A stretch of DNA of 28,600 bases from a virus (taxonomy: Duplodnaviria; Caudoviricetes), in the IMG/VR virus record IMGVR_UViG_3300027563_000033, positions 1 to 28,600 of that record; one strand, written 5' to 3'. The notes beneath the pieces were generated by a model that was not told where the DNA came from, did no database searches, and was given only the letters and a program-made list of their open reading frames with translations. Shown here one piece after another: positions 18,339-24,814 of this stretch (within the stretch, counting starts at the first letter, position 1; each line of letters starts with the position of its first letter). The position numbers and the translations under genes were made by a program.

Positions 18339-18420
18339 GACAGTATAGTGTTGCAACACGATACGCAAATGTTTCCCGACATAAGCACAGCGACCATACT
18401 GTCACATCTTAATTATATCA
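18339..18420 (-). promoter_or_regulatory. katG promoter (TGaTATAAT) and structured 5' leader
   Basis: 11-bp closing stem GACAGTATGGT/ACTATACTGTC around an inner hairpin; 12-bp palindrome GTGTTGCAACAC at 18348-18359. Confidence 0.5.
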
Positions 18421-18422
18421 TG

Positions 18423-18495
18423 CACCCCTGGCAAGAATCGAACTTGCGACGCATGGCTTAGAAGTCCATCGTTCTGTCCACTGAACTACAGAGGT
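18423..18495 (-). tRNA. tRNA-Arg(TCT)
   Basis: Acceptor ACCTCTG/CAGGGGT, loop CTTCTAA, T-loop TTCGATT, A20 present. Confidence 0.92.
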
Positions 18496-18499
18496 AAAG

Positions 18500-18572
18500 T
18501 ATCTCCAACGGGATTCGAACCCGTGTTGCCACCGTGAAAGGGTAGAGTCCTAGGCCACTAGACGATGGAGAC
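18500..18572 (-). tRNA. tRNA-Glu(TTC)
   Basis: Acceptor GTCTCCA/TGGAGAT; anticodon arm CTACC-CTTTCAC-GGTGG; T-loop TTCGAAT. Confidence 0.93.
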
Positions 18573-18573
18573 T

Positions 18574-18647
18574 TGGAGCGAGTGACCAGAATCGAACTGG
18601 CACAATCAACTTGGAAGGATGATGCACTACCATTATGCAACACTCGC
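18574..18647 (-). tRNA. tRNA-Gly(TCC)
   Basis: Acceptor GCGAGTG/CACTCGC, U73 plus encoded CCA, loop CTTCCAA. Confidence 0.93.
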
Positions 18648-18651
18648 TTTG

Positions 18652-18725
18652 TACACCAGGTAGGACTTGAACCTACGATAGCCGAATTATGAGTTCGGTG
18701 CCTTAACCAACTTGGCTACTGGTGC
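18652..18725 (-). tRNA. tRNA-CAT, probably Ile2 (lysidine-type); elongator Met is possible
   Basis: Anticodon arm CCGAA-CTCATAA-TTCGG; C4-G69, C5-G68 and A73 fit TilS/IleRS determinants; lacks initiator features. Confidence 0.85.
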
Positions 18726-18734
18726 CTAGCCGAT

Positions 18735-18839
18735 TTACAGATTAAAGAAAAGAAATAGGACAAGAGCACCAACACAAACAAGAAGAAACTTAACCTTCTT
18801 AGTCTTTGGCCATTCGTCTGGCACTCTTACTTCATTCAT
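18735..18839 (-). CDS. small membrane peptide (34 aa)
   Basis: GGAGG SD; C-terminal hydrophobic helix. Confidence 0.55.
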   Translation of the reverse strand: MNEVRVPDEWPKTKKVKFLLVCVGALVLFLFFNL

Positions 18840-18854
18840 ATTTCCTCCAAGTAG

Positions 18855-18998
18855 TTATTTAATTAGTAATCCAAAAAATGTTCCAAGCAAAAAACATAAA
18901 ATTCCAACTGTCCAATGGTAGTATGTCTTCATATGCTCTTTAATAATTGCATGCTTTATTTCATCTGGGATTTTTTTTAGTTTATCGTAATCTATCAT
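18855..18998 (-). CDS. small membrane protein (47 aa), leaderless
   Basis: ATG lies 6 nt after TTGACA-17-TATACT (19005-19033). Confidence 0.65.
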   Translation of the reverse strand: MIDYDKLKKIPDEIKHAIIKEHMKTYYHWTVGILCFLLGTFFGLLIK

Positions 18999-19029
18999 GT
19001 TATAAGTATATCAAAAAGACTTTTGTTTG

Positions 19030-19161
19030 TCAATCTTCGTCTTTGTTATTTAATATAGAACTATCTTGTGTTTCATTTAAATTTTCTTTTATTGCCTTAT
19101 CCTTGTGACTACCATCACAATATGGATATATCTTTGATCTACCACATATACACTGTTTCAT
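19030..19161 (-). CDS. CDGSH iron-sulfur domain protein (43 aa)
   Basis: MKQCICGRSKIYPYCDGSH matches C-x-C-x2-S-x3-P-x-CDGSH; AAGGA SD; not in the ORF track. Confidence 0.88.
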   Translation of the reverse strand: MKQCICGRSKIYPYCDGSHKDKAIKENLNETQDSSILNNKDED

Positions 19162-19191
19162 TAAATAGATATCCTTATCTTATTAAACTAT

Positions 19192-19845
19192 TTATATTTT
19201 ATTTTTATAAAAATCTTTTATTTTAATAAAACCAGCAAGAACATATCTTATTGGCCCATCACCCACAGTTCTTACTCCATGGTGATACTCTGAAGATCCT
19301 GGAAAAATAAGAAGGGATCCTGAAGGTGGCTTTATTTGAAAGTTTAATTTTTCAAAAAAAATCTCACCGTCAACATAGTCATCATTTAAGTAAATTATAC
19401 TAGCAAACTGAATTGAAGGGTCTGTATCCTGATCAACGTGAGAATATAATTGAACCCCAGAATACATTCTTTGAACTACATCACATCCATCAACAGAAAG
19501 TTTTTCTTTTGATAAACGTAAAAAAGAATCTATTTTAAAATATATCATATCAACAATAGGGTTTCCTCTAATGTTTAAATTTTTGTCATGCCAGTTTGAA
19601 GTAATTTCTAATTTATTTTCTTCTACTAATTTTTCTATATCATCGCTATTAAATTTTTGTAGAGCAAATCCTTTTAAATTTTCTATGTAATGTTTTGACC
19701 AATCTTCGTTGCTTGTTTTATCAACAATATTTAAAATATATTTTATATCATCTTTAGATATAAAATCTTCAACTAATAAAATATTTTTTGCAACTTCTCT
19801 AAATTTAAATCCAGCATTTGCCAATTCTTTTGATAAGTTTTCCAA
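19192..19845 (-). CDS. 2OG-Fe(II) oxygenase
   Basis: HVD...IIYLNDDYVDGEIFF...HGV...RY; AAGGAG SD before TTG. Confidence 0.88.
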   Translation of the reverse strand: MENLSKELANAGFKFREVAKNILLVEDFISKDDIKYILNIVDKTSNEDWSKHYIENLKGFALQKFNSDDIEKLVEENKLEITSNWHDKNLNIRGNPIVDMIYFKIDSFLRLSKEKLSVDGCDVVQRMYSGVQLYSHVDQDTDPSIQFASIIYLNDDYVDGEIFFEKLNFQIKPPSGSLLIFPGSSEYHHGVRTVGDGPIRYVLAGFIKIKDFYKNKI

Positions 19846-19862
19846 TTTTACACTCCTTTAAT

Positions 19863-20024
19863 TTAAGAATAAATTCTTGAGACAGACCCTTGAACTATTT
19901 CTTCTCTAATCCTTTTTTGTTGTTGCTCAAATTTTGATAGGTATGGCTTATCCTGTATTCTTTTTTTATTCTTAACTGATCTTTTAATCTTGTTTTTAGA
20001 TACTTTATTATTAGATTTTTTCAA
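19863..20024 (-). CDS. possible Lys-rich small protein (53 aa, TTG start)
   Basis: Open frame that fills the gap; very basic. Confidence 0.4.
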   Translation of the reverse strand: MKKSNNKVSKNKIKRSVKNKKRIQDKPYLSKFEQQQKRIREEIVQGSVSRIYS

Positions 20025-20029
20025 TTAGA

Positions 20030-20158
20030 TCACTGGCCTTCTGCTACTTTGTCACAAGGACAAATGATTGATTCTGGCAGTTCGTGAACCTTTGTTACAA
20101 TCGTAATCATAGTCTCACACTCAACACACTTATAAATCTTCTTAACTCGTTTGCTCAT
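20030..20158 (-). CDS. small zinc-ribbon protein (42 aa), leaderless
   Basis: YKCVECE...ICPC; TGgTATGAT 6 nt upstream. Confidence 0.65.
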   Translation of the reverse strand: MSKRVKKIYKCVECETMITIVTKVHELPESIICPCDKVAEGQ

Positions 20159-20189
20159 AAACTAATCATACCATACTGAAATGTGTGTA

Positions 20190-20639
20190 TCAAGATTTGT
20201 TTCCATCCCATGTTCCAATTTTTGTTGTAAAGATTCCATGGTCTTCCCACAACCTAATTACATTTGGGTTATCATCAACAGCATGAACAACATCCCATAG
20301 TTTGTTTATTTTATCAAGCATATCTTTCTTTGCTTCATAGTCTGGTCTGTTGTCATCGTCTGCCCTCATAAATAATGCATGAGATCTAATGTTATTCTTT
20401 GCAAGCCACATAGAGGTTAGCCCACGATATTTTTCTTTACGGGAAGTAACAATAAGTATTGAGTGGCAATCAGAAACAGCATTATTTAACATTTCAACAA
20501 CTTTTACATTTGGCAGGGCATCTATAGAAGCCTCATGAAAAGCATCGTAATCCCTATTAGAGCCACGAACATGTTTCAGATATGGGTCTACGTTGGCCAA
20601 TGTTCCATCTACATCGTAGATGTGTGCTGTTGGCTTAAT
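20190..20639 (-). CDS. HAD-superfamily phosphatase (similar to the T4 PseT/PNK phosphatase domain); probable ATT start
   Basis: DVDGTL motif lies upstream of the tracked start; IVTSR, LFMR.DDD.RPD...K, AVDD motifs. Confidence 0.85.
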   Translation of the reverse strand: MKPTAHIYDVDGTLANVDPYLKHVRGSNRDYDAFHEASIDALPNVKVVEMLNNAVSDCHSILIVTSRKEKYRGLTSMWLAKNNIRSHALFMRADDDNRPDYEAKKDMLDKINKLWDVVHAVDDNPNVIRLWEDHGIFTTKIGTWDGNKS

Positions 20640-20724
20640 CTTGATTAACCCTGTATGTCATAATAAAATAACATGCTACATATCCTATAATAAATGCTGG
20701 AATTATAAAAAATGCACTAATCAT
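20635..20724 (-). CDS. small membrane peptide (29 aa)
   Basis: AGGAGG SD, ATGA overlap, hydrophobic. Confidence 0.55.
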   Translation of the reverse strand: MISAFFIIPAFIIGYVACYFIMTYRVNQD

Positions 20725-20894
20725 TTAAAGTCCTCCTGTCTTTTAAACATGCTCGTCATATAGTTATGTTCTCCCCTTGCAACTTTTGCTGCAAGAATAC
20801 GCATTCCAAGGGCATTGGTAACAGAGTCCTCAATTGGCAAAGACTCAATAGCCCTTGCGATTTCTTCTCGTAATGTCATTTCATCTATGCTCAT
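20721..20894 (-). CDS. hypothetical protein (57 aa, MSIDEMTLREEIARAIE...)
   Basis: ATGA overlaps at both ends. Confidence 0.65.
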   Translation of the reverse strand: MSIDEMTLREEIARAIESLPIEDSVTNALGMRILAAKVARGEHNYMTSMFKRQEDFK

Positions 20895-21208
20895 TCTTTA
20901 TCCTTTTCCCAATATGCTATTCCATCTTCATCATAGTCATCCCAATTCTGACCTGACACATCTGTTCTAATTTGATCTAGCCAGGAACTGGTATCTAATA
21001 AATAATATGTACCCCACCGTTCATAAGGTTTGTTAAGATACTTCCACATTTTTGCGTGGTATTTATAACGAAATCCTAAATTACTATCTAAAGACTCATC
21101 TAAGTCAATAGCCTTAACAAGGTGATTACCAGCATATTCCCCACAGAAATTTCCTATCCATCGTAATGGAAGAATCTTAGTCTTTTGAATCTTTGTTGAA
21201 TAGTTCAT
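20891..21208 (-). CDS. hypothetical protein
   Basis: ORF in a tightly packed string; exact start uncertain. Confidence 0.65.
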   Translation of the reverse strand: MNYSTKIQKTKILPLRWIGNFCGEYAGNHLVKAIDLDESLDSNLGFRYKYHAKMWKYLNKPYERWGTYYLLDTSSWLDQIRTDVSGQNWDDYDEDGIAYWEKDKE

Positions 21209-21299
21209 CTTTAGGTACCCACACTTTCTTTCCATCTTTCCATACAGGCCAATAACCTAGGATACGCCAGTCCATCTGGGCTATCTTAGGCTCTTTCAT
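21177..21299 (-). CDS. small Trp-rich hypothetical protein (40 aa)
   Basis: MKEPKIAQMDWRILGYWPVWKDGKKVWVP; GGGAG SD. Confidence 0.5.
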   Translation of the reverse strand: MKEPKIAQMDWRILGYWPVWKDGKKVWVPKDELFNKDSKD

Positions 21300-21364
21300 C
21301 GCTCTCCCATAAAACTAGACACTTAGTACATTGTATACCCAATTCACGCATATACCAAGTATGG

Positions 21365-21481
21365 CTACACTCTTTTGCCATATGCACACCAAATCCTGCT
21401 ATCTGTCATGGTTTGATGAAGTTCCCAGAATAGTGGATCTTTCTTAGACATCTCACACTTTATGCATTGATCAGGCTTCAC
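21365..21481 (-). CDS. small Cys-containing protein (38 aa)
   Basis: GTGA overlap with the upstream gene; CxxC...H...C. Confidence 0.45.
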   Translation of the reverse strand: MKPDQCIKCEMSKKDPLFWELHQTMTDSRIWCAYGKRV

Positions 21482-21708
21482 TCTTCTTGCCTCCAATGAA
21501 AATAAGACTTAATATAAACAATCGAGTAAGCAACAGCAGCAAACACGAATCCATATTGTTTGGTTGTTACTGCATAAAATATCCACATAGCCTCATTACA
21601 GGTAGCCCAAATCCATGCCCATATTTGTTTTCTTCCAACAAAATAAATTGCTGCCACTCCACTAACGGCAAGCACCCAAGAAGCATAGTTATTCATCCAT
21701 TGTTCCAT
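21478..21708 (-). CDS. small three-TM membrane protein (PnuC/SemiSWEET half-transporter-like)
   Basis: Three hydrophobic segments; TTGACT-17-TATACT 6 nt upstream; family assignment tentative. Confidence 0.6.
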   Translation of the reverse strand: MEQWMNNYASWVLAVSGVAAIYFVGRKQIWAWIWATCNEAMWIFYAVTTKQYGFVFAAVAYSIVYIKSYFHWRQEE

Positions 21709-21735
21709 ATATTCAGTATACCTTAAAGTCAGGGT

Positions 21736-21972
21736 TTAGTCAACTGGCTTTTGTTTCCACTTGGTCTTTACCCAAGTGCCTATTTTATTAGTGTTAACTT
21801 TTCCTCTTAACACTTCTGCAAAATCAGTGCTTATATCAGATCCAAGATACTCTTCACCTGTTTCTAAGTCTGTTAGTTTCCATTTTCCAGGGGCTTTTGT
21901 ATGAATAACTAAATCAACGGGCTTGTCAAAAGAATCAACGGATGAACCATCTCTAAGTATTCTTATATTCAT
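21736..21972 (-). CDS. hypothetical protein (TKAPGKWKLTDLETGEEYLG motif)
   Basis: ORF adjacent to the upstream stop. Confidence 0.7.
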   Translation of the reverse strand: MNIRILRDGSSVDSFDKPVDLVIHTKAPGKWKLTDLETGEEYLGSDISTDFAEVLRGKVNTNKIGTWVKTKWKQKPVD

Positions 21973-22098
21973 TTACGATACAAGGGCCATAGATAGATGG
22001 GTTAAACAAACATCTGCAACTATGTAGTCGGAGTGATCTACAACAACATCGTAATGTGTTGCATCCTCTTTGCAGAAAAAGCACTTAGATTTATTCAT
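21973..22098 (-). CDS. small Cys/His protein (41 aa), leaderless
   Basis: CFFC...VCLTH; TGaTATAAT 6 nt upstream. Confidence 0.6.
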   Translation of the reverse strand: MNKSKCFFCKEDATHYDVVVDHSDYIVADVCLTHLSMALVS

Positions 22099-22144
22099 AT
22101 ATTTATTATATCATATGGTGTGTTATATCAAGTATAATATACTC

Positions 22145-22459
22145 ATGACCCTACTATATATACTTTACAGCCCTACACATAAGGCTATTAAGATAGGTAT
22201 ATCTGATGTGTCAGGTAGAAGGTTTGCAAAGCATAGAAATAAAGGTTGGATATTAATTAAGTATTGGTCATTTTCCGAACGGGATCGGGCAAGAGCCATA
22301 GAAACTATAGTGCTAAATACACTAAGACAAAAACATGGACACTTCTTGGATAAGTCTGATATGCCACAGGGAGGCTATACAGAGACATTTGATGCATCTA
22401 AGATAACTCGTAAAGGATTAATACGTATGGTCAATAAGGCATCAAAAGATTTATTATAG
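22145..22459 (+). CDS. GIY-YIG/T5orf172-like nuclease
   Basis: LYILY...IKIGIS...RR...E...GGYTETF; TATAAT 6 nt upstream; opposite strand to its neighbours. Confidence 0.7.
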   Translation: MTLLYILYSPTHKAIKIGISDVSGRRFAKHRNKGWILIKYWSFSERDRARAIETIVLNTLRQKHGHFLDKSDMPQGGYTETFDASKITRKGLIRMVNKASKDLL

Positions 22460-22461
22460 TC

Positions 22462-22560
22462 TTATACAGCATTACATTTTGGACATTGGTTTGTAGGGTT
22501 TGGGGTACCGTAAGAAATTTTATACATACCACCACAGTTAAAACATAGAATATTTATCAT
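22462..22560 (-). CDS. small zinc-ribbon protein (32 aa), leaderless
   Basis: CFNCGG...CPKC; TGaTATACT 6 nt upstream. Confidence 0.6.
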   Translation of the reverse strand: MINILCFNCGGMYKISYGTPNPTNQCPKCNAV

Positions 22561-22577
22561 GCATCAAGTATATCAGG

Positions 22578-22648
22578 CTTCAGGTGAGGGAGTCGGACCC
22601 ACGTCGTCGGTTTCGGAAACCGCAGTACTGCCGTTATACGAACCTGAA
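22578..22648 (-). tRNA. atypical tRNA with CCG anticodon (nominally Arg)
   Basis: Acceptor TTCAGGT/ACCTGAA with G73; D-arm GTAT-AACGGCA-GTAC; anticodon loop TTCCGAA; T-loop TCCGACT; own TTGACA-18-TATACT promoter (22660-22689). Confidence 0.75.
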
Positions 22649-22668
22649 CTGCTTTAATCAGTATAGCA

Positions 22669-22806
22669 CTAATTGGCAGAACATGTCAAGCAAACGAATG
22701 GCTCATCATTAGCCTTAATGTATAGTTGATTACATTGGCTACAGGCTACCCTATAAGAATCAATCTTCTTAGCGTATAGGCTCCAAGAGGACTCGAACTT
22801 ATCCAT
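22669..22806 (-). CDS. small zinc-ribbon protein (45 aa)
   Basis: CSQC...CLTC. Confidence 0.6.
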   Translation of the reverse strand: MDKFESSWSLYAKKIDSYRVACSQCNQLYIKANDEPFVCLTCSAN

Positions 22807-22808
22807 AG

Positions 22809-22997
22809 TTAAATGCAGGCCATGCAGTAGTAGGGAGCCCGTAAAAGATCTTTATGAGTGTATATGGTTTGAGCACACTTATGACATTTAGCGTGAACCA
22901 TATCAGGATCTGAAGCAGGCATTGAGAGTTTAAGGCTTCTCGTGTAGTAATATTTCGTGGCATACCAAGTAATTAGTATTAGAGTTATTGTTAGCAT
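22809..22997 (-). CDS. membrane-anchored zinc-ribbon protein, leaderless
   Basis: N-terminal TM, CHKC...CMAC; TTGACT-17-TATAAT 6 nt upstream. Confidence 0.65.
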   Translation of the reverse strand: MLTITLILITWYATKYYYTRSLKLSMPASDPDMVHAKCHKCAQTIYTHKDLLRAPYYCMACI

Positions 22998-23018
22998 CAT
23001 ACTATTATATCAGATCCA

Positions 23019-23159
23019 TTACTCAAAGTCAACCTGGGACTCAAAGATATTCACAGGCTGCTTATCATCATCCATAGCACCACAGTTAGAGCAGGTTACT
23101 TGGCCATCAAGGTCTAGTTTATAGTCACATCCATATTTAGTACACATTGCATCGCTCAT
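23019..23159 (-). CDS. small Cys-rich protein (46 aa)
   Basis: TAATG coupling; CTKYGC...CSNCG. Confidence 0.6.
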   Translation of the reverse strand: MSDAMCTKYGCDYKLDLDGQVTCSNCGAMDDDKQPVNIFESQVDFE

Positions 23160-23488
23160 TAGTTAAAACTATCTCCACAAGCGCATGAGCCTTGTGCATT
23201 AGGGTTATCTATCGTAAAGCCTTGCTTCTCTATGGTGTCAACAAAATCTAAACTTGAACCTTGCAGGTATGGATCTGACAATCTATCTAATCTAAGATCA
23301 AAGCCTTCAAACTTATATATCACATCGCCTTCTTTCTCTTCATAGTCAAAGTAGGTTTGGTATCTAAGTCCAGAGCATCCTCCAGGGGACACGGATATAC
23401 GCAGGAACTGTGGTCGCCCAGGTGTTGATATCTGAGACTCTATAATTAGTTCGGCAACTTTTTTGGTTGCCTTATCGCTTAGTATCAT
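23159..23488 (-). CDS. erpA: A-type Fe-S cluster carrier (ErpA/IscA/HesB family)
   Basis: LRISVSPGGCSGLRY, GF.IDNPNA.GSCACGDSF; TTGACA-17-TATAAT 6 nt upstream. Confidence 0.93.
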   Translation of the reverse strand: MILSDKATKKVAELIIESQISTPGRPQFLRISVSPGGCSGLRYQTYFDYEEKEGDVIYKFEGFDLRLDRLSDPYLQGSSLDFVDTIEKQGFTIDNPNAQGSCACGDSFN

Positions 23489-23588
23489 ATATCAATTATA
23501 CCATTCGGCGAAAAAATTGTCAAGTCTTTAAAGTTCGGCGCAAAATAGAGGTAACAAACCTTCCTATGCCCTACACGGGCACTAGTGG

Positions 23589-23795
23589 TTAGTATCCCCC
23601 CATACACTCATTTCTTGTATGATAGAGGCGAATCTTAGTCAATATTTTGCGGGACGGACCAGACATATCATCCTTACAGGTAAGGCACCTATAAGACCAT
23701 TGCCCAGTAAAGAATTCATATATATAGCCCTTAGCATTGACATATTTCTTGGCTACAAAGGTTTGGAAAGGATCAGGAATTTCCATGTTGATCAT
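23589..23795 (-). CDS. hypothetical protein (CxxC...H...C)
   Basis: ATGA overlap with the HNH gene stop. Confidence 0.6.
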   Translation of the reverse strand: MINMEIPDPFQTFVAKKYVNAKGYIYEFFTGQWSYRCLTCKDDMSGPSRKILTKIRLYHTRNECMGGY

Positions 23796-24235
23796 ATGTT
23801 TGCCCACTTTCTTAAGTTACATAGCCCGTGTGCTGGTCTGACGTTCTGCAAGGTATCTGAGCCACCCTTTGCAATAGGAACAACATGATCGATATGCAAA
23901 CCTTGCTCCCAGCCCTTGACCCCACATTTTCGGGGAGCCAGAAGATCAATGCCTAATCCACATAAGTAACATATATCCCCATAGGTAGAGATAACCTGGG
24001 ATTCTTTATAGTGGTTCGTAATACTTGCCCTACGTCGCCGATTCTTAGATCTTTCTCGCTCTCTTACCAGATCAAGGTTTGAAGCACGATACTTAGCAGT
24101 TACAGAACGGCGATTTTTATTGGCATATCGTAATCTATTGTACAGACTGGATGCAGCCAAACACTCAACACATGGTTTAGTCTTATGGTTATGGTGTTTG
24201 CGATAACCAGCATAGGTTCCACAGTTAGGATACAT
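23792..24235 (-). CDS. HNH endonuclease
   Basis: CYLCG...HIDHVVP.AKGG.D..QNVRPAH..CN; N-terminal CGT..GY..H...C..C zinc module. Confidence 0.9.
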   Translation of the reverse strand: MYPNCGTYAGYRKHHNHKTKPCVECLAASSLYNRLRYANKNRRSVTAKYRASNLDLVRERERSKNRRRRASITNHYKESQVISTYGDICYLCGLGIDLLAPRKCGVKGWEQGLHIDHVVPIAKGGSDTLQNVRPAHGLCNLRKWANI

Positions 24236-24377
24236 CGTCTTTAAAGAAGTCTATACCCACATACCACTTAAAAAGATATAGGCCTATCTCCCATTGGTGT
24301 TTGACTGGATAGCCCCAGTTATGCAGATATATCCCAATAGAGTAGTTGGAGGTCATAGTGCCATAGTGTAGTTTCAT
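24225..24377 (-). CDS. hypothetical protein (50 aa)
   Basis: ATGA overlap; aromatic-rich. Confidence 0.55.
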   Translation of the reverse strand: MKLHYGTMTSNYSIGIYLHNWGYPVKHQWEIGLYLFKWYVGIDFFKDDVS

Positions 24378-24568
24378 ATAGCCTCATAGTCAGGATGGTC
24401 TAATGGAGTAGGTGCAGTGATAAGGCACTTACACTCCATGCATTGGGCATCATCCAATAAATACCCTGCGATTTCATAGGTTTGTGGATCGAACTCTACA
24501 GTTAACCTTAATAGTATTGAGTCACAACAAGGACAAACAGGTGTAGGGATGCCTCTGATATCTAACAT
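24374..24568 (-). CDS. zinc-finger protein, leaderless
   Basis: CPCC...CMEC...TAPTP; TTGACA-17-TATGAT 6 nt upstream. Confidence 0.7.
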   Translation of the reverse strand: MLDIRGIPTPVCPCCDSILLRLTVEFDPQTYEIAGYLLDDAQCMECKCLITAPTPLDHPDYEAI

Positions 24569-24588
24569 ATATCCATCATATCATAGAG

Positions 24589-24708
24589 TTATCCACATGT
24601 CAAACATAGTTATCCACAATGTACTTATTGGTCAGTTAAGGTACATTTGAGTAGGAAATAGGGTTTGGAATGTACCTTTTGTAATAGTTATCCACAGGTT
24701 TATCCACA
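24589..24708 (+). promoter_or_regulatory. four perfect DnaA boxes (TTATCCACA)
   Basis: At 24589-24597, 24610-24618, 24688-24696 and 24700-24708, all in the same orientation. Confidence 0.85.
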
Positions 24709-24746
24709 GATTGATCTTACTGATTATATATTTAGACATTCTAGAA

Positions 24747-24772
24747 GTGGAGTGAAGTGGAGGATAGTGGAG
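24747..24772 (+). promoter_or_regulatory. MraZ-binding-like triple repeat
   Basis: GTGGAG-tgaa-GTGGAG-gata-GTGGAG, exact 10-bp period. Confidence 0.6.
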
Positions 24773-24814
24773 ATTGGGGCGCTTTTAAAGAGGCGTTCGT
24801 AATGTCTTGCGGCA

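Noticed and set aside
18458-18643. 61-aa minus-strand ORF
   Set aside because: Lies across three tRNA genes.
23792-24235. HNH gene as part of a group I intron or intein
   Set aside because: It is free-standing, overlaps both neighbours' start/stop regions, and no interrupted host gene or intron core is visible.
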